Below are positions 51,013 through 61,862 of a stretch of DNA of 64,000 nucleotides, in pieces. Origin of the DNA: Mobula hypostoma. Lineage: Eukaryota. Where the stretch lies: contig NC_086108.1 in NCBI RefSeq assembly GCF_963921235.1, forward strand, positions 56,608,001 through 56,672,000, written 5' to 3'. The notes beneath the pieces were generated by a model that was not told where the DNA came from, ran no database searches, and was given only the letters and a program-made list of their open reading frames with translations. How positions within the stretch are numbered: position 1 is the stretch's first letter; every line of letters begins with the position of its first letter. The translations under genes and the position numbers were made by a program.

Positions 51013-51648
51013 TGATAAGGGTATTCTCAGATTCCTGTAAATAATGATTAAGGTTGTGTCTGTGTATTCTGGTTTGAGAATGGCTGCAGCGTGTTTGAGC
51101 AGCTGCTCTTTGGAGTGAGATAAGTTTTAAGAGCTCACAAAACCTACAAGAGGATATCTCCTGACTTTTCACAATTTTGGTTTCGACAAAAATCGGTTGC
51201 TGATGGAAATTAGACAGGACATTCCTTTCTTAATTAAAGCATAAAAGTTGGTGGGTGTTCTTATCTTTGTAATTAAGTTTTGGCTCCAACAAAACAGGTA
51301 GGGCATTCCTTTAAAATGGCTGGAGCGTCTATCAAACTGAATGTCCTTTTGTATCAATAATCCACTTACTTGACTGGAATATCTATTTTGTTTGAGGTGA
51401 TTAAGTGGTCTTTGTCTCGGACTATCACTGTTGCTGAGCATGTGACTGTGAGGGTTAGCTAGAAATAGTTTTCTGCATACGTGCAAAGATGTATAAAAAC
51501 TCTGTATCTCTGTGCTACGACAGAGAGAACTCCGTGGCTGTGAGAGTGCAGAAAGAGGGCTCTCTCTCTCGTAGCTTGCTACTAATAAAGGTGGAAAAGA
51601 ATGAACTGTGGTTCTTGTTTCATTACATTGGGTTGATCACCGTTAACA
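51013..51648 (+). repeat. ERV 5' LTR
   Basis: TGATAA...TTAACA; TATAAA at 51492-51497; AATAAA at 51584-51589; direct repeat of 56435-57084. Confidence 0.96.
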
Positions 51649-51651
51649 ATT

Positions 51652-51669
51652 TGGTGAGCCAGCCAGGAG
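51652..51669 (+). promoter_or_regulatory. Primer-binding site, tRNA-Arg(ACG) type
   Basis: TGGTGAGCCAGCCAGGAG, 3 nt after the LTR. 17/18 match to the complement of the vertebrate tRNA-Arg(ACG) 3' end as recalled (TGGCGAGCCAGCCAGGAG). Confidence 0.85.
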
Positions 51670-51743
51670 TTCAAACGAGTGATCTCCATGAGACGGCGTC
51701 AGCGATAATCTGTGTGGCAACGACCTGAGACAGATGAGCCCAC

Positions 51744-51752
51744 AAGGTAAGA
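51744..51752 (+). promoter_or_regulatory. Candidate major splice donor of the ERV
   Basis: AAG|GTAAGA in the leader downstream of the PBS. Candidate env acceptor TTTCTCCACTCTCAG|G at 54790-54805. Confidence 0.55.
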
Positions 51753-52059
51753 TTCACCTTGATTTCTCTCACTAGCCAGTCGCATGGAAAATCCATTCGT
51801 CTCATGGGCTACTCTCTAACGGACTCCTGCAGAACCTAGTTAAGGATCACCCAAGTGCCATGGTTAGATCTGGGTTTGAGTCCTCGGCTAAGCAAAAAGA
51901 GTTGGGTTCGAGGCCACATCTTGAGTATCTACACCCTGCCTTAGACCGGTTGTTAAGAGGGGAAATCCCCCATGCGAAGGTCAGGAACCTGAAGTGGGCG
52001 GAAGGAAAACAGTGGCCGATTAGTGCTTGAGAGACGAATATATAAAATTGTACGGAACG

Positions 52060-52765
52060 GTGGGTCAGACCTTAGATAAAGCGGGAAATAACACACTGTT
52101 ATTTAAATTATGTAAAGATGATCCAGAAAAAGAAAACAACTATCGTAGGTTATCAGCATGCTTAAATAAGTAATTGGGTAATGATATTTGGCCTTTGGGG
52201 GAAACTTGGGATATTGATAAATGCCTCAAAGCCAAGAGGTGATTTGGAAACACAACACCGGGCAGAAATGAAAAGTCTTAATGTCTATTTGGAGAAAAAC
52301 AGCCGAAGAATTAACCAATAGATCTAAACAAACTAGCTGGGAGCACAACATGCATTGGAGAGTTACCTGATACCGAAGGGGAATCTGAAGTCTTGGGAGA
52401 CATTGAGGGGTCAATGTGAGGATTATGATAATCAAGAGCAGAAGAATTATAGGCAAGGTAGTAAGGACAAAAGTAATAAGAAAGAAAAGGATAAAAGGAA
52501 GGCTAAAGCTGGCAGAGGTAAAACTGAGGTACCTCTTGACCTGTCTGGACTGACCATGCTATTTGACGATAATGAGACCAAGCAGAAGGAGGACTGGAGA
52601 GATCAACCCATGGTCCCCATCCACCCCTCCCTTCTACCACCACCACAACCGCCATATAATGCAAGTACAACCAACAACCAACCTACGCAGAGTGCCTCCC
52701 CGATCCAATCCCACGATCCCATAGCCTCCCGAATGAGGGGCCAGCTCAAGCAGAGGCGTAAGAGG
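52060..52765 (+). pseudogene. gag: gag N-terminal remnant (matrix and proline-rich region)
   Basis: GTG-GGT-CAG reads (M)GQTLDK, a myristoylation-type start. WPLGETW, basic patch, PPPQPPY late-domain-like motif. Stops and frameshifts; no CA or NC follows. Confidence 0.7.
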
Positions 52766-55026
52766 CCTGCAAAGAGGCTCTGTATACCAGGCACTTAAGC
52801 CCTGTGGCCTCCAGTTTGGCCAAGGGACCAAAAGAATTGCTAGAACAGCAGAAAGAGGCCTTCGAGGAACTGAACAAGTCCCTCTCCAGAGCGCCGGCAC
52901 TTGGCCGCCCGCTCTATGACCAGCCATTCCAATTTTCTGTCAACGTCTTAGATGGATGTGCCACCGCAGTGTTTACCCAGACCCATGGCAACAGGTGCAG
53001 ACCCGTTGCTTATTACTCTACTAAACTAGACCCCCTAGCCCAGGGACTGCCCCCTTGCTCACAGGTGCTCCCAGCCATTTACTCCCTAGTTACAGGGGCA
53101 TCAAACATCACTCTCCAACAGCCGGTGACAGTTTATTCATCGCACACCATTACGGCTCGACTTACCTCGCACCAGACACAGCAGCTTACCCAGGCGAGAC
53201 TAAGCCGATATGACCCACTCCTTACCTTCACCCTATTGTAACACTATCAACCCAGCAACATTCCTAGAAGCACCCCCAGCCGAGTTGGGAGAACCTCCTC
53301 ATGACTGCCTGCTACGGAACCATCTTCTCACCTCACCCCGACCCGACCTCTCAGATACGGCCATACATGGGGCACAACTCACCCTTTACGTTGACGGCAG
53401 CTCGACAGTCTCTGAGACTGGGGAACACCTCTGTGGATACGCCGTTACAAACGATGCCCAGACCTAAGAGAGTGGCTCCCTTCAGCCCCCTGTCTCTGCC
53501 CAGAAGGCAGAGCTATTTGCACTCACCCAAGCCTGCATCCTGGCCAAGGGTAAAGATGCAAACATTTACACGGATTCCCGCTATGCTTTTGGGGTAGCCC
53601 ATGACTTTGGACAATTGTGGGCTCAAAGGGGGTTCCTGACCTTCTCTGGTGGGCTGATTCAGAATGCTACCTATGTAAAGAACCTCTTCCAGGCTACCTT
53701 CCTCCCTGAGAAATTGGCAATTATAAAATGCTCAGCTCACCTACATGATGATTCTGCAGTGACTAAAGGAAATAATCGGGCAGACTTAACAGCCAATCAG
53801 GCTGCGCAAGAGGCAACTATTGTAGTTTTAACTGCAGAGAAATCAGCCTTTACAGTAAGTCATCCCAAGCACCGGGCACTCCAGAGATGGCCACAATCCA
53901 AAAACTACAGGGGAACGCCCCTGATTCCGAGAAAGAACTCTGGAAGACACAGGGATGTGCGCGTTCGGTGTCCATAGGCCTCTGGCATACCCCAATCGGC
54001 CAAGTCTGTACTCCTAATACATTACTGCCAATGTTGCTTGATTGCGTGCATGCAGACACCCACCTTGGCACGGAGGGAATATTTTACACCGCACATGGTG
54101 ACATCCAAGATTGGAAGAGGCTGCCAAAGTAAAAATACAATCCTGTTTGATCTGCCAGAAGACTAATGCAGATAAGGGGATAAGATGCCCCACAGGAAAA
54201 ACTCCCTTGCCAGGTGAGCCATTTGAATGCATTCAGCTTGACTTTATTGAGTTACTGCGGGTGCACTGTTATAAATATTGCCTTGTTGTGGTAGATGCTT
54301 TTAGTAGGTGGATCGAAGCCTTCCCAACTACCAATAGTAAAGCCTCAACAGTGGTACAATTAGTACTGACAGAGATCATATCAAAGTTTGGGGTAACTCA
54401 GCAGATTAGTTCAGATAATGGCCCACACTTTGCGGGAAAGATTAACAAGGAGCTGTGTGAGGCCTTGCACATTGAGCAGCAGTTCCACTGTTCCTATCAC
54501 CCCAAAGCAGCAGGTATTGTGAAAAGGGCAAACGGAACGCTGAAAAACAAGCGAACAAAATTGACCTCAGAGACGGGGCTGAATCAGTTAAAGGTGCTTC
54601 CCTTGGCCCGATATCACATGAGAATTACCCCACACTCTGCCACAGGGGTATCCGCAGCAGAGATCGTCTATGGCCGACCAGGAAGAACACTCTGGGATTC
54701 CAATATAACACCCCCCGACTCAGGTGGATCTCCACATCATGTGGGAGGAACTGCAGAAATATTTTCACCAGTTAACACCCTCTTTAAAGTTTCTCCACTC
54801 TCAGGTGCAGAAGACCTTTAAGGAACCCAGGCAAGAGGCAGACCAGCCGGACCTAAGGATTGGAGACCGAGTGCTAATTCATGACTGGGAACGACCCAAG
54901 CTTGGACCTAGGTGGAAAGGTTATCTTCAGGTCCTGTTGCAAATGCCCATAGCCGTTCAGGTACAAGGCCAGGAACATTGGATACACCTCAGCGACTGCA
55001 AGAGATGGCTCCCAGCCCAAGATTAA
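52766..55026 (+). pseudogene. pol: pol 3' half: RT connection, RNase H and integrase, frameshifted
   Basis: AFEELNKSLSRAPAL, PVAYYSTKLDP; LYVDGSS, SAQKAEL, IYTDSRYAFG, KGNNRAD; HADTHLG..CLIC, LDFIEL, SSDNGPHF, YHPKAAGIVKRANGTLK, LGPRWKG. Confidence 0.95.
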
Positions 55027-56405
55027 TCATTTACAGACTTATCTCTTTGCTTTATGATGAATTTAATGCTTTGGAAGATAACCTGTTTTATCAAACACAT
55101 ATGCGATTGCCTGTAACCGTACTGCATGCTATTCTTTGGCACAATCTGCAGAAGCACTGTTTATAGCTAACCCATCAGGGCTACTCTGGAAGGAGCATGA
55201 TCTAACAGTGAAGGATGGATCAGGGGCAGAATGTAGAGGGAGACGGGGAAAGTTTTGGAAAGGGATATGGGGACAATGTATTGACAATCTAAACGATACG
55301 ACTATAGATAATCATGCCAGTGGTAAACAGAACCCTGGGTGCCTGGGAACCCGCAAGTGGCATGGGGTAAGGGATGGGGGAGAGTGGGTAACTAGCCCGT
55401 GCTGCAAGAGCACAAGGGACTACCCCTTCTGTTTCTTGGGGAAAGGATGGGGGTGCGTCACAGCCCAGGTACCCAGAGAAATACCTTGCTTGGAGAAACA
55501 TTGTTTGGACCACCAATGTAAGATAACGAAGGGAAAATTCTCTTGCGAATGTATCCAAGAGCAATGCGTGCCCCTTTCAAAGGGAATTCAGTATGTATGT
55601 GGATATTGTAATGGGACTCGTGTTAGCTGGCTCAGGGACTTTTGAATACTCCTCCCTGTACCCCAAGGACCATTTATGGTATGATAAAATGTTAGCTGGT
55701 AATAACACTTGCTATTGAGCCAAGAAAGGATACGTATTCTTGTTCAACGGCACCTATACTAAGGCTACCACCAACCTGCCTCCATTCTTCACGATCAGGA
55801 CAAACGGTCCCCTTTCTGTTCCCTGCCCCACATCCGACAGCGACTGACAGCCCAGTCTGTGAGTAAGAAATTCTGTACAGATTGGAAAGATCTTGTTACT
55901 CTGGGCTCCTCTTTGGGCCATGGGTTTCTGAGTACTCTCTCTCTAGGGGGTTCGGCAGGAACCATAGCCGAAAAGAACGTGACTACCTCATTTGTGAAGG
56001 CTGACGGCACTGGGAAACAGCACTATGAAAGGATTGGAGGCTATCAACCAGGAGATGGCGGAACTACAACTCTATGCACAGCAGACTCGATATGCTGTAG
56101 ATTACCAGTTAGCACAACAGGGAGGAGTATCTGTGATTGTGGGAGGCAAGTGTGTTACCCATGTTAGGGTTGAGTCCTATAATGTATCTCCAGGAGCAAC
56201 TAGACAGTTTTAGACAAGGACCCACTGGAGGGGATGGGTGGTTAGGCTGGTTACTAGGAGGAGATCTTGGACATCTTATTTGCTACACGGAGCAATAATA
56301 CTGATATTAATTATCATAGCATGCTGTGTATTGCTGACTCGCTTTAAAGGCTGCTGTAAAGCCTTTAGGAACAAGCTCTCTGATCCATTCTCAGCACTAC
56401 TTTAG
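55005..56405 (+). pseudogene. env: env (Cys-rich SU plus TM), frameshifted
   Basis: ATG overlapping the pol end. Cys-rich SU with CGYC. Heptad/ISD-like LEAINQEMAELQLYAQQTRYAVDYQLAQQGG, (S)x6C, membrane span LLHGAIILILIIIACCVLL, stop at 56403-56405. Confidence 0.9.
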
Positions 56406-56421
56406 TTTATCATCAGATGAT

Positions 56422-56434
56422 AAAAAGGAGGGAA
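56422..56434 (+). promoter_or_regulatory. Polypurine tract
   Basis: AAAAAGGAGGGAA immediately before the 3' LTR. Confidence 0.9.
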
Positions 56435-57084
56435 TGATAAAGTCTTAAGGAGATTCTCAAATTCCTGTAAATAATGGTTAAGGTTGAGTCTGTGTATTCT
56501 GGTTTGAGAATGGCTGCAGCGTGTTTGAACAGCTGCTCTTTGGAGTGAGATAAGGATTAAAAGCTCATAAAACCCACAAAAGGATATCTCCTGACTTTTC
56601 ACAATTTTGGTTTCGACAAAAATCGGTTGCTGATGGAAATTAGACAGGACATTCCTTTCTTAATTAAAGCATAAAAGTTGGTGGGTGTTCTTATCTTTGT
56701 AATTAAGTTTTGGCTCCAACAAACCAGGTAGGGCATTCCTTTCTTAATGAAAGTTGCTGGAGTCTCCATCAAACTGATTGTCCTTTTGTATCAATAATCC
56801 ACTTACTTGACTGGAATATCTATTTTGTTTGAGGTGATTAAGTGGTCTTTGTCTCAGACTATCACTGTTGCTGAACATGTGACTGTGAGGGTTAGCTAGA
56901 AATAGTTTTCTGCATATGTGACAAAGATGTATAAAAACTTTGTATCTCTGTGCTACGACAGAGAGAACTCCGTGGCTGTGAGAGTGCAGAAAGTGGGTTC
57001 TCTCTCTTAGCTTGCTACTAATAAAGGTGGAAAAGAATGAACTGTGGTTCTTGTTTCATTACATTGGGTTGATCACCGTTGACA
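56435..57084 (+). repeat. ERV 3' LTR
   Basis: TGATAA...TTGACA; AATAAA at 57020-57025; roughly 95% identical to the 5' LTR by eye. Confidence 0.96.
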
Positions 57085-57258
57085 GGGATATCTAGAACTA
57101 TTCAGTATTAAGATAAAAATGTGGAAGAATTTCATCACTCATTTGGCTGTGAATCTTTGGAGAGTTGTTTAGGTGGAGAGTGAGCTATGATGTTGGTGAA
57201 TGGAGTAGACTTGACAGATGAACTGTCTACTCCTGCTTCTATTTCTTATGTTCTTATA
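57085..57258 (+). mobile_element. Old CR1 3' end, right half of the ERV target site
   Basis: GGGATATCTAGAACTA..GAAGAATTTCATCACTCA..GTGAATCTTTGG..TACTCCTGCTTCTATTTCTTATGTTCTTAT. Confidence 0.75.
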
Positions 57259-58089
57259 TCCCCACCTGGAGATGATCATGGCCCACATTCCAAAGGATGA
57301 CAAAGAGATACTCCAGGGTGACTACAATGAAAGGGCTGGAATGTAAGCAAGCCTGTGGTAAGGCTTAAGAGGTAAAGAATGAGCAAGGAAAGGCAACAAC
57401 ATTGGAATTCTCCACCTGACAAAATGTTTGAATAAGGTATTGTCATAACCGAAACTTGCTTGGATTGAGAGACAAAAGTCCTCAAAGCAGCACATTCAAT
57501 CCAGGGATTGACAATGTTCGGATTATGTCGTTATCCCAGCGAGAGACTGCAAGGATGTTGGCATCATCCATGCCATGACTGGTATTGATTATAGTTTGAC
57601 TGACCACTGCCTAGTCCACTCTGTTATCTCTATTGGCCCCAAAACAAAGAAAATGGCATAAATGATACTGCAGGTCCTTAGGACTTCTCAAAGAAATCTC
57701 TTCTCAGAAGTACTCCATCAACTGGCAGATGAGTCCCACCCAATGAGATGTAATGTTGTCCGCCGTTATTAACACCTGCAAAGGAACTTACCAACTAAAA
57801 AATACCAGGAAGTGTCTGAAGAATACAACTATAATATCCAGGAGCTAAATAACCTCAAACCCAATACATTCTTAGATTGGAAACTTCACCAAGGGAAATA
57901 GTAGCTTTAAAAGCATCTGAAGGTCAAGGTCTAAGGAGGGCCATGTGGGAGGGAAGAGATAGATTGATGTTGGAGTAGATTAGAAAGTCAGTATAATATC
58001 GTGGGTTGAAGAGCATGTACTGTGCTGCACTATTGGATGTTCCATGTCCAACAAAATAGATGTGATCTGAATAAAGTAAGTGAGTAGGA

Positions 58090-58950
58090 AGAATGTGGGA
58101 GATCCTGCAACTCACTGATAGTCACAACTTGTATGGATTCTGCAACATTGTCAAAACTATCCACGGTCGAAACACACAGTACTGCTGAGAGCCAAACCTG
58201 AGGAGAACTTGTCATGGACAGAAAGTCAAGCACCACCTGTTGGAAGAAATATTTTGAAAAACTCATCAATTTAGACTCAGTCCTTTGAAGGAATGCCCTT
58301 GACTGCATCCCACAGTCCACTGTCCATCCAGTCTTGCTGCCATCCCAGAATGACAAGAAACTGGAAAGGTCTCATGGCAACTGAGAAAGATTGTGTCCTT
58401 TAAAGCAGCAGTATCCTTGTTGAAATCCAAAGTTTTGCAGGAAAGGACCTTTAGACAAACATTTACAACTTCGTCTCCTACGCTTGGTATGAGGAGGACT
58501 TGCTATGGGCATCAGGGATACTGTTATCAAGATCATCGACAGGAAGGGAGACAAATCTGGTGACTGTAGCTGCAGAGGAGCCTCCTGTTGGTATCTCTTC
58601 CATCGCTTGTTCCCAGTGACTGAAGAGCTGCTTCTGCAATAACCACCCTGCTCCTGGCACTAAAAGGCCACAATGAAACATTTGCATTTCTTGGGGATCA
58701 TTTCTCAATGAAGGTGAGACATTGATGATGAAATTCTCATCCCTTGCAATATGGCAGCAGGGCCTTTAGCCATCTGAGAAAAAATGTGTTTGAAAGTAAC
58801 AATCTCAAGCCCAACACAACTCTATTGGATAGCAGTAATCCTTGCCCTGTTGTACACTTCAATGAACACTTCACTTTATTTTTTGAAGTACTTCAAAGCC
58901 CTAGAAAAGTACCTCTTGTGCCAATGTCTGCAGATCCTACATTGACCTCA
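58090..58950 (+). mobile_element. Old RTE-clade LINE remnant
   Basis: WKKYFEKLIN, DIDDEI, SRAFSHLRKNVFE. Confidence 0.5.
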
Positions 58951-60152
58951 CTGGCCACCTCAAAAATTAGATGGAAGACAGTTATCTTTAATCCCAAGGG
59001 CCATGTAGGAAAGACAGGATTAGATTCAGAGTACTGTTGTAAACAATATACCCTTGTGCTAAATGAGGTTGTGTTTATGAAACTAATATGCAGTAAATGC
59101 AACTATGTCAAGATGTGGGTGCAAAGGACATGTTAACTTGACTCAAGATCAATATGTATTGTTATGGTGAGGTAAACTCTCAATCTCAAGGCAATACAGT
59201 TGAAGCAAACATATCATCTGGTGCTAACGCGCGAAAGGACCGTGGTAAAGCTTGCTGTGTAGGTGGTGATCAAGAGAGATATGATGCAGTATTCATTGCA
59301 GCATATCAGAAAGATGTCCAGTCTATAACACGGAGTGGTTGGTATTCCAGTTGGGATCGATAAAGGTACACTATGGCAGTAACATGACTTCAATGCAATC
59401 TTTTCAGCTGCCCACTTCAAAGAAGAACGTGCGGATGTTTTTAGTCACACTTGAGAGAAAATAGCCAATAGTAAATCCATCAAGGTAAGCTCCACTAATC
59501 TACCTCAATGCACTATTTAGTAAATATCTTTGAAGGAAAATGCCATTTGGAATCAGTGCAGCACTGTGGGGATTTCAGAGAAAGTTGCATGATATTTCTG
59601 TAAGTGTTGTTGAGTACAGGCCAAAACTGATAATTTCTTCAAAGAAAAAGGACAGTGGAAAATGTCATGCTGTATCAGGACTGAACACAGCAGATACTCA
59701 AAAAAAACCCCACTCAAACTGTAACAGATATCATCTGCACGATTTGCATCTGCTTTCTATAGTTGTCATTTCCTTCAAGATCTCAGCTTGAGCTTAGCTC
59801 TGGCTTTTTTTTCTCCTCATCAAAGGGGAGAAATTAATTAGTAAGTGTGGTACATCATAGAGCAGCACAGAAGGACATCCATTGGCCCAGATACTTGCCA
59901 TGCTCTATTAGTGGGGTTCTAGAGCCCTTTGTGTGTAGCCATCAACTGCGTATGCAGTAATGATTGTCAAGTACTGCAACAGACTGCTCCAGGCATTTTC
60001 TGTCCTCTTGCAGATACCAGTACTTACTGTCTACAAAAGGACTGGTTAGTACAGTTCTTAGCACATGTAGTATTTTGTTTCGTCACTAGGATGTTGCCGC
60101 TTCAGAGGGCACCAAAAACAGGTGAAGCCATATTAAAAACTGGAAAGAAGAT

Positions 60153-60957
60153 AGCAAGCAACACACACAAAATGCTGGTGGAACGCAGCAGGCCAGGCAG
60201 CATCTATAGGAAGAAGTACACTCAACTTTTCGGGCCGAGACCCTTCATCAGGACTAACCGAAAAAAGAAATAGTAAGAGATTTGAAAGTGGGAGGGGGAG
60301 GGGGAGATCCGAAATGATAGGAGAAGACAGGTGGGGGAGGGATGAAGCTTAGAGCTGGAAAGTTGATTGCCAAAAGGGATACAGAGTTGGAGAAGGGAGA
60401 GGATCATGGGACGGGAGGCCTATGGAGAAAGAAAGGGGGAAGGGAGCACCCGAGGAAGATGGAGAGCAGGCAAGGAGTTATTGTTAGAGGGACAGAAAGA
60501 GAAAAGAGAGAGAAAGAGGAAAAAAGGAAAAAAATAATAAATAAATAGATAAATAAATAAATAGATAGATAGATAGAGGGATGGGGTAAGAAAGGGAGGA
60601 GGGACATTAACGGAAGTTAGAGAAATCAATGTTCATGCCATCAGGTTGGGGGCTACGCAGATGGAATATAAGCTGTTGTTCCTCCAACCTGAGTGTGGCT
60701 TCATCTTGACAGTAGAGGAGGCCATGGATTGACATATCATAATGGGAATGGGACGTGGAATTCAAATGTGTGGCCACTGGGAGATCCTGCTTTCTCTGGC
60801 ATACAGAGCATAGGTGTTCAGCGAAGCGGTCTCCCAGCCTGCATCAGGCCTCACCATTATATAGAAGGCTGCACCGGGAGCACCAGACGCAGAATATCAC
60901 CCCAGCCGACTCACAGGTGAAGTGTCGCCTCAGCTGGAAGGACTGTCTGGGGCCAAA
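60153..60957 (-). mobile_element. Penelope-like retroelement fragment: GIY-YIG endonuclease, UTR and hammerhead motif
   Basis: Minus frame FTCESAGVIFCVWCSRCSLLYNGEA*CRLGDRFAEH..LEEQQLIFHL..QPDGMNIDFS. CTGATGA-A-GGG-TCTCGG-CCC-GAAA at about 60219-60257(-). (ATAA/ATAG)n at 60533-60576. Confidence 0.92.
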
Positions 60958-61019
60958 TAAAGTCAGCAGCCAGCACTGGGAGTAAATAATGTTAAACATT
61001 GTCATTGCTGAAATACTGT

Positions 61020-61862
61020 ACAAGAGAGAAAATTAAGAAACTGGTGGCATGGTGCGAAGACAATAACCTATCCCTCAACGTTCTCAAGACGAAGGAATTG
61101 GTTGTTGATTTCAGAAGAAATAGCGGACCGCACGACCCAATTTACATCGGTGGTGCACAAGTGGAACAGGTCAAAAGCTTTAAGTTCCTCGGGGTCAATA
61201 TCACAAATGACCTGACTTGGTCTAACCAAGCACAGTCCACTGCCAAGAAGGCCCACCAGCGCCTTTACTTCCTGAGAAAACTAAAGAAATTTGGCCTGTC
61301 CCCTAAAACCCTCACTAATTTTTATAGATGCACCGTAGAAAGCATTCTTCTAGGGTGCATCACAACCTGGTATGGAAGTTGTCCTGTCCAAGACCAAAAG
61401 AAGCTGCAGAAGATCGTGAACACGGCGCAGCACATCACACAAACCAATCTTCCATCCTTGGACTCAGTTTACACCGCACGCTGTCGGAGCAGTGCTGTCA
61501 GGATAATCAAAGACATAACCCACCCAGCCAACACACTTTTTGTCCCTTCTCTCACTGGGAGAAGGCTCAGGAGCTTGAAGACTCATACGGCCAGATTTGG
61601 TAACAGCTTCTTTCCAACTGTGATAAGACTGCTGAACGGATCCTGACCCGGATCTGGGCCGTACCCTCCAAATATCTGGACCTGCCTCTCGGTTTTTTTG
61701 TACTACCTTATTTTTCATTTTTCTATTTTCTATTTATGATTTATAATTTAAATTTTTAATATTTACTATCAATTTGTAATCCAGGGAGCGGGAAGCGCAG
61801 AATCAAATATTACTGTGATGATTGTACATTCTAGTATCAATTGTTTGGCAACAATAAAGTAT
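61020..61862 (+). mobile_element. Rex1/Babar LINE 3' portion, young, frame still open
   Basis: ORF 60999-61646: LSLNVLKTKELVVDFRR, KFLGV, KAHQRLYFLRKL, FYRCTVESIL, SFFPTVIRLLN; AATAAA near 61853. Confidence 0.92.

Larger units (their letters stand above)
51013..57084 (+). mobile_element. Endogenous retrovirus provirus (class I, gamma/epsilon-like pol), internally deleted, env-bearing
   Basis: Two TG...CA LTRs, PBS, PPT, gag remnant, RT connection, RNase H, integrase, env. Flanks GGGG / GGGA (probable 4-bp TSD, one mismatch). Confidence 0.96.

Noticed and set aside
55859..56213. Endogenous filovirus glycoprotein insertion
   Set aside because: It lies in the normal env position between integrase and PPT of a retroviral provirus, so it is a retroviral env with GP2-like design.
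55005..56405. env as an intact, domesticated syncytin-like gene
   Set aside because: Multiple frameshifts and stops, and a Cys-to-Ser change in the TM loop motif.
59040..59600. Old Gypsy RT remnant (KMPFGISAA)
   Set aside because: Only one short motif is recognisable, which is too little to call.
60999..61646. 215-aa ORF as a cellular gene
   Set aside because: It is the C-terminal part of a Rex1/Babar RT ORF with a fortuitous TTG start.
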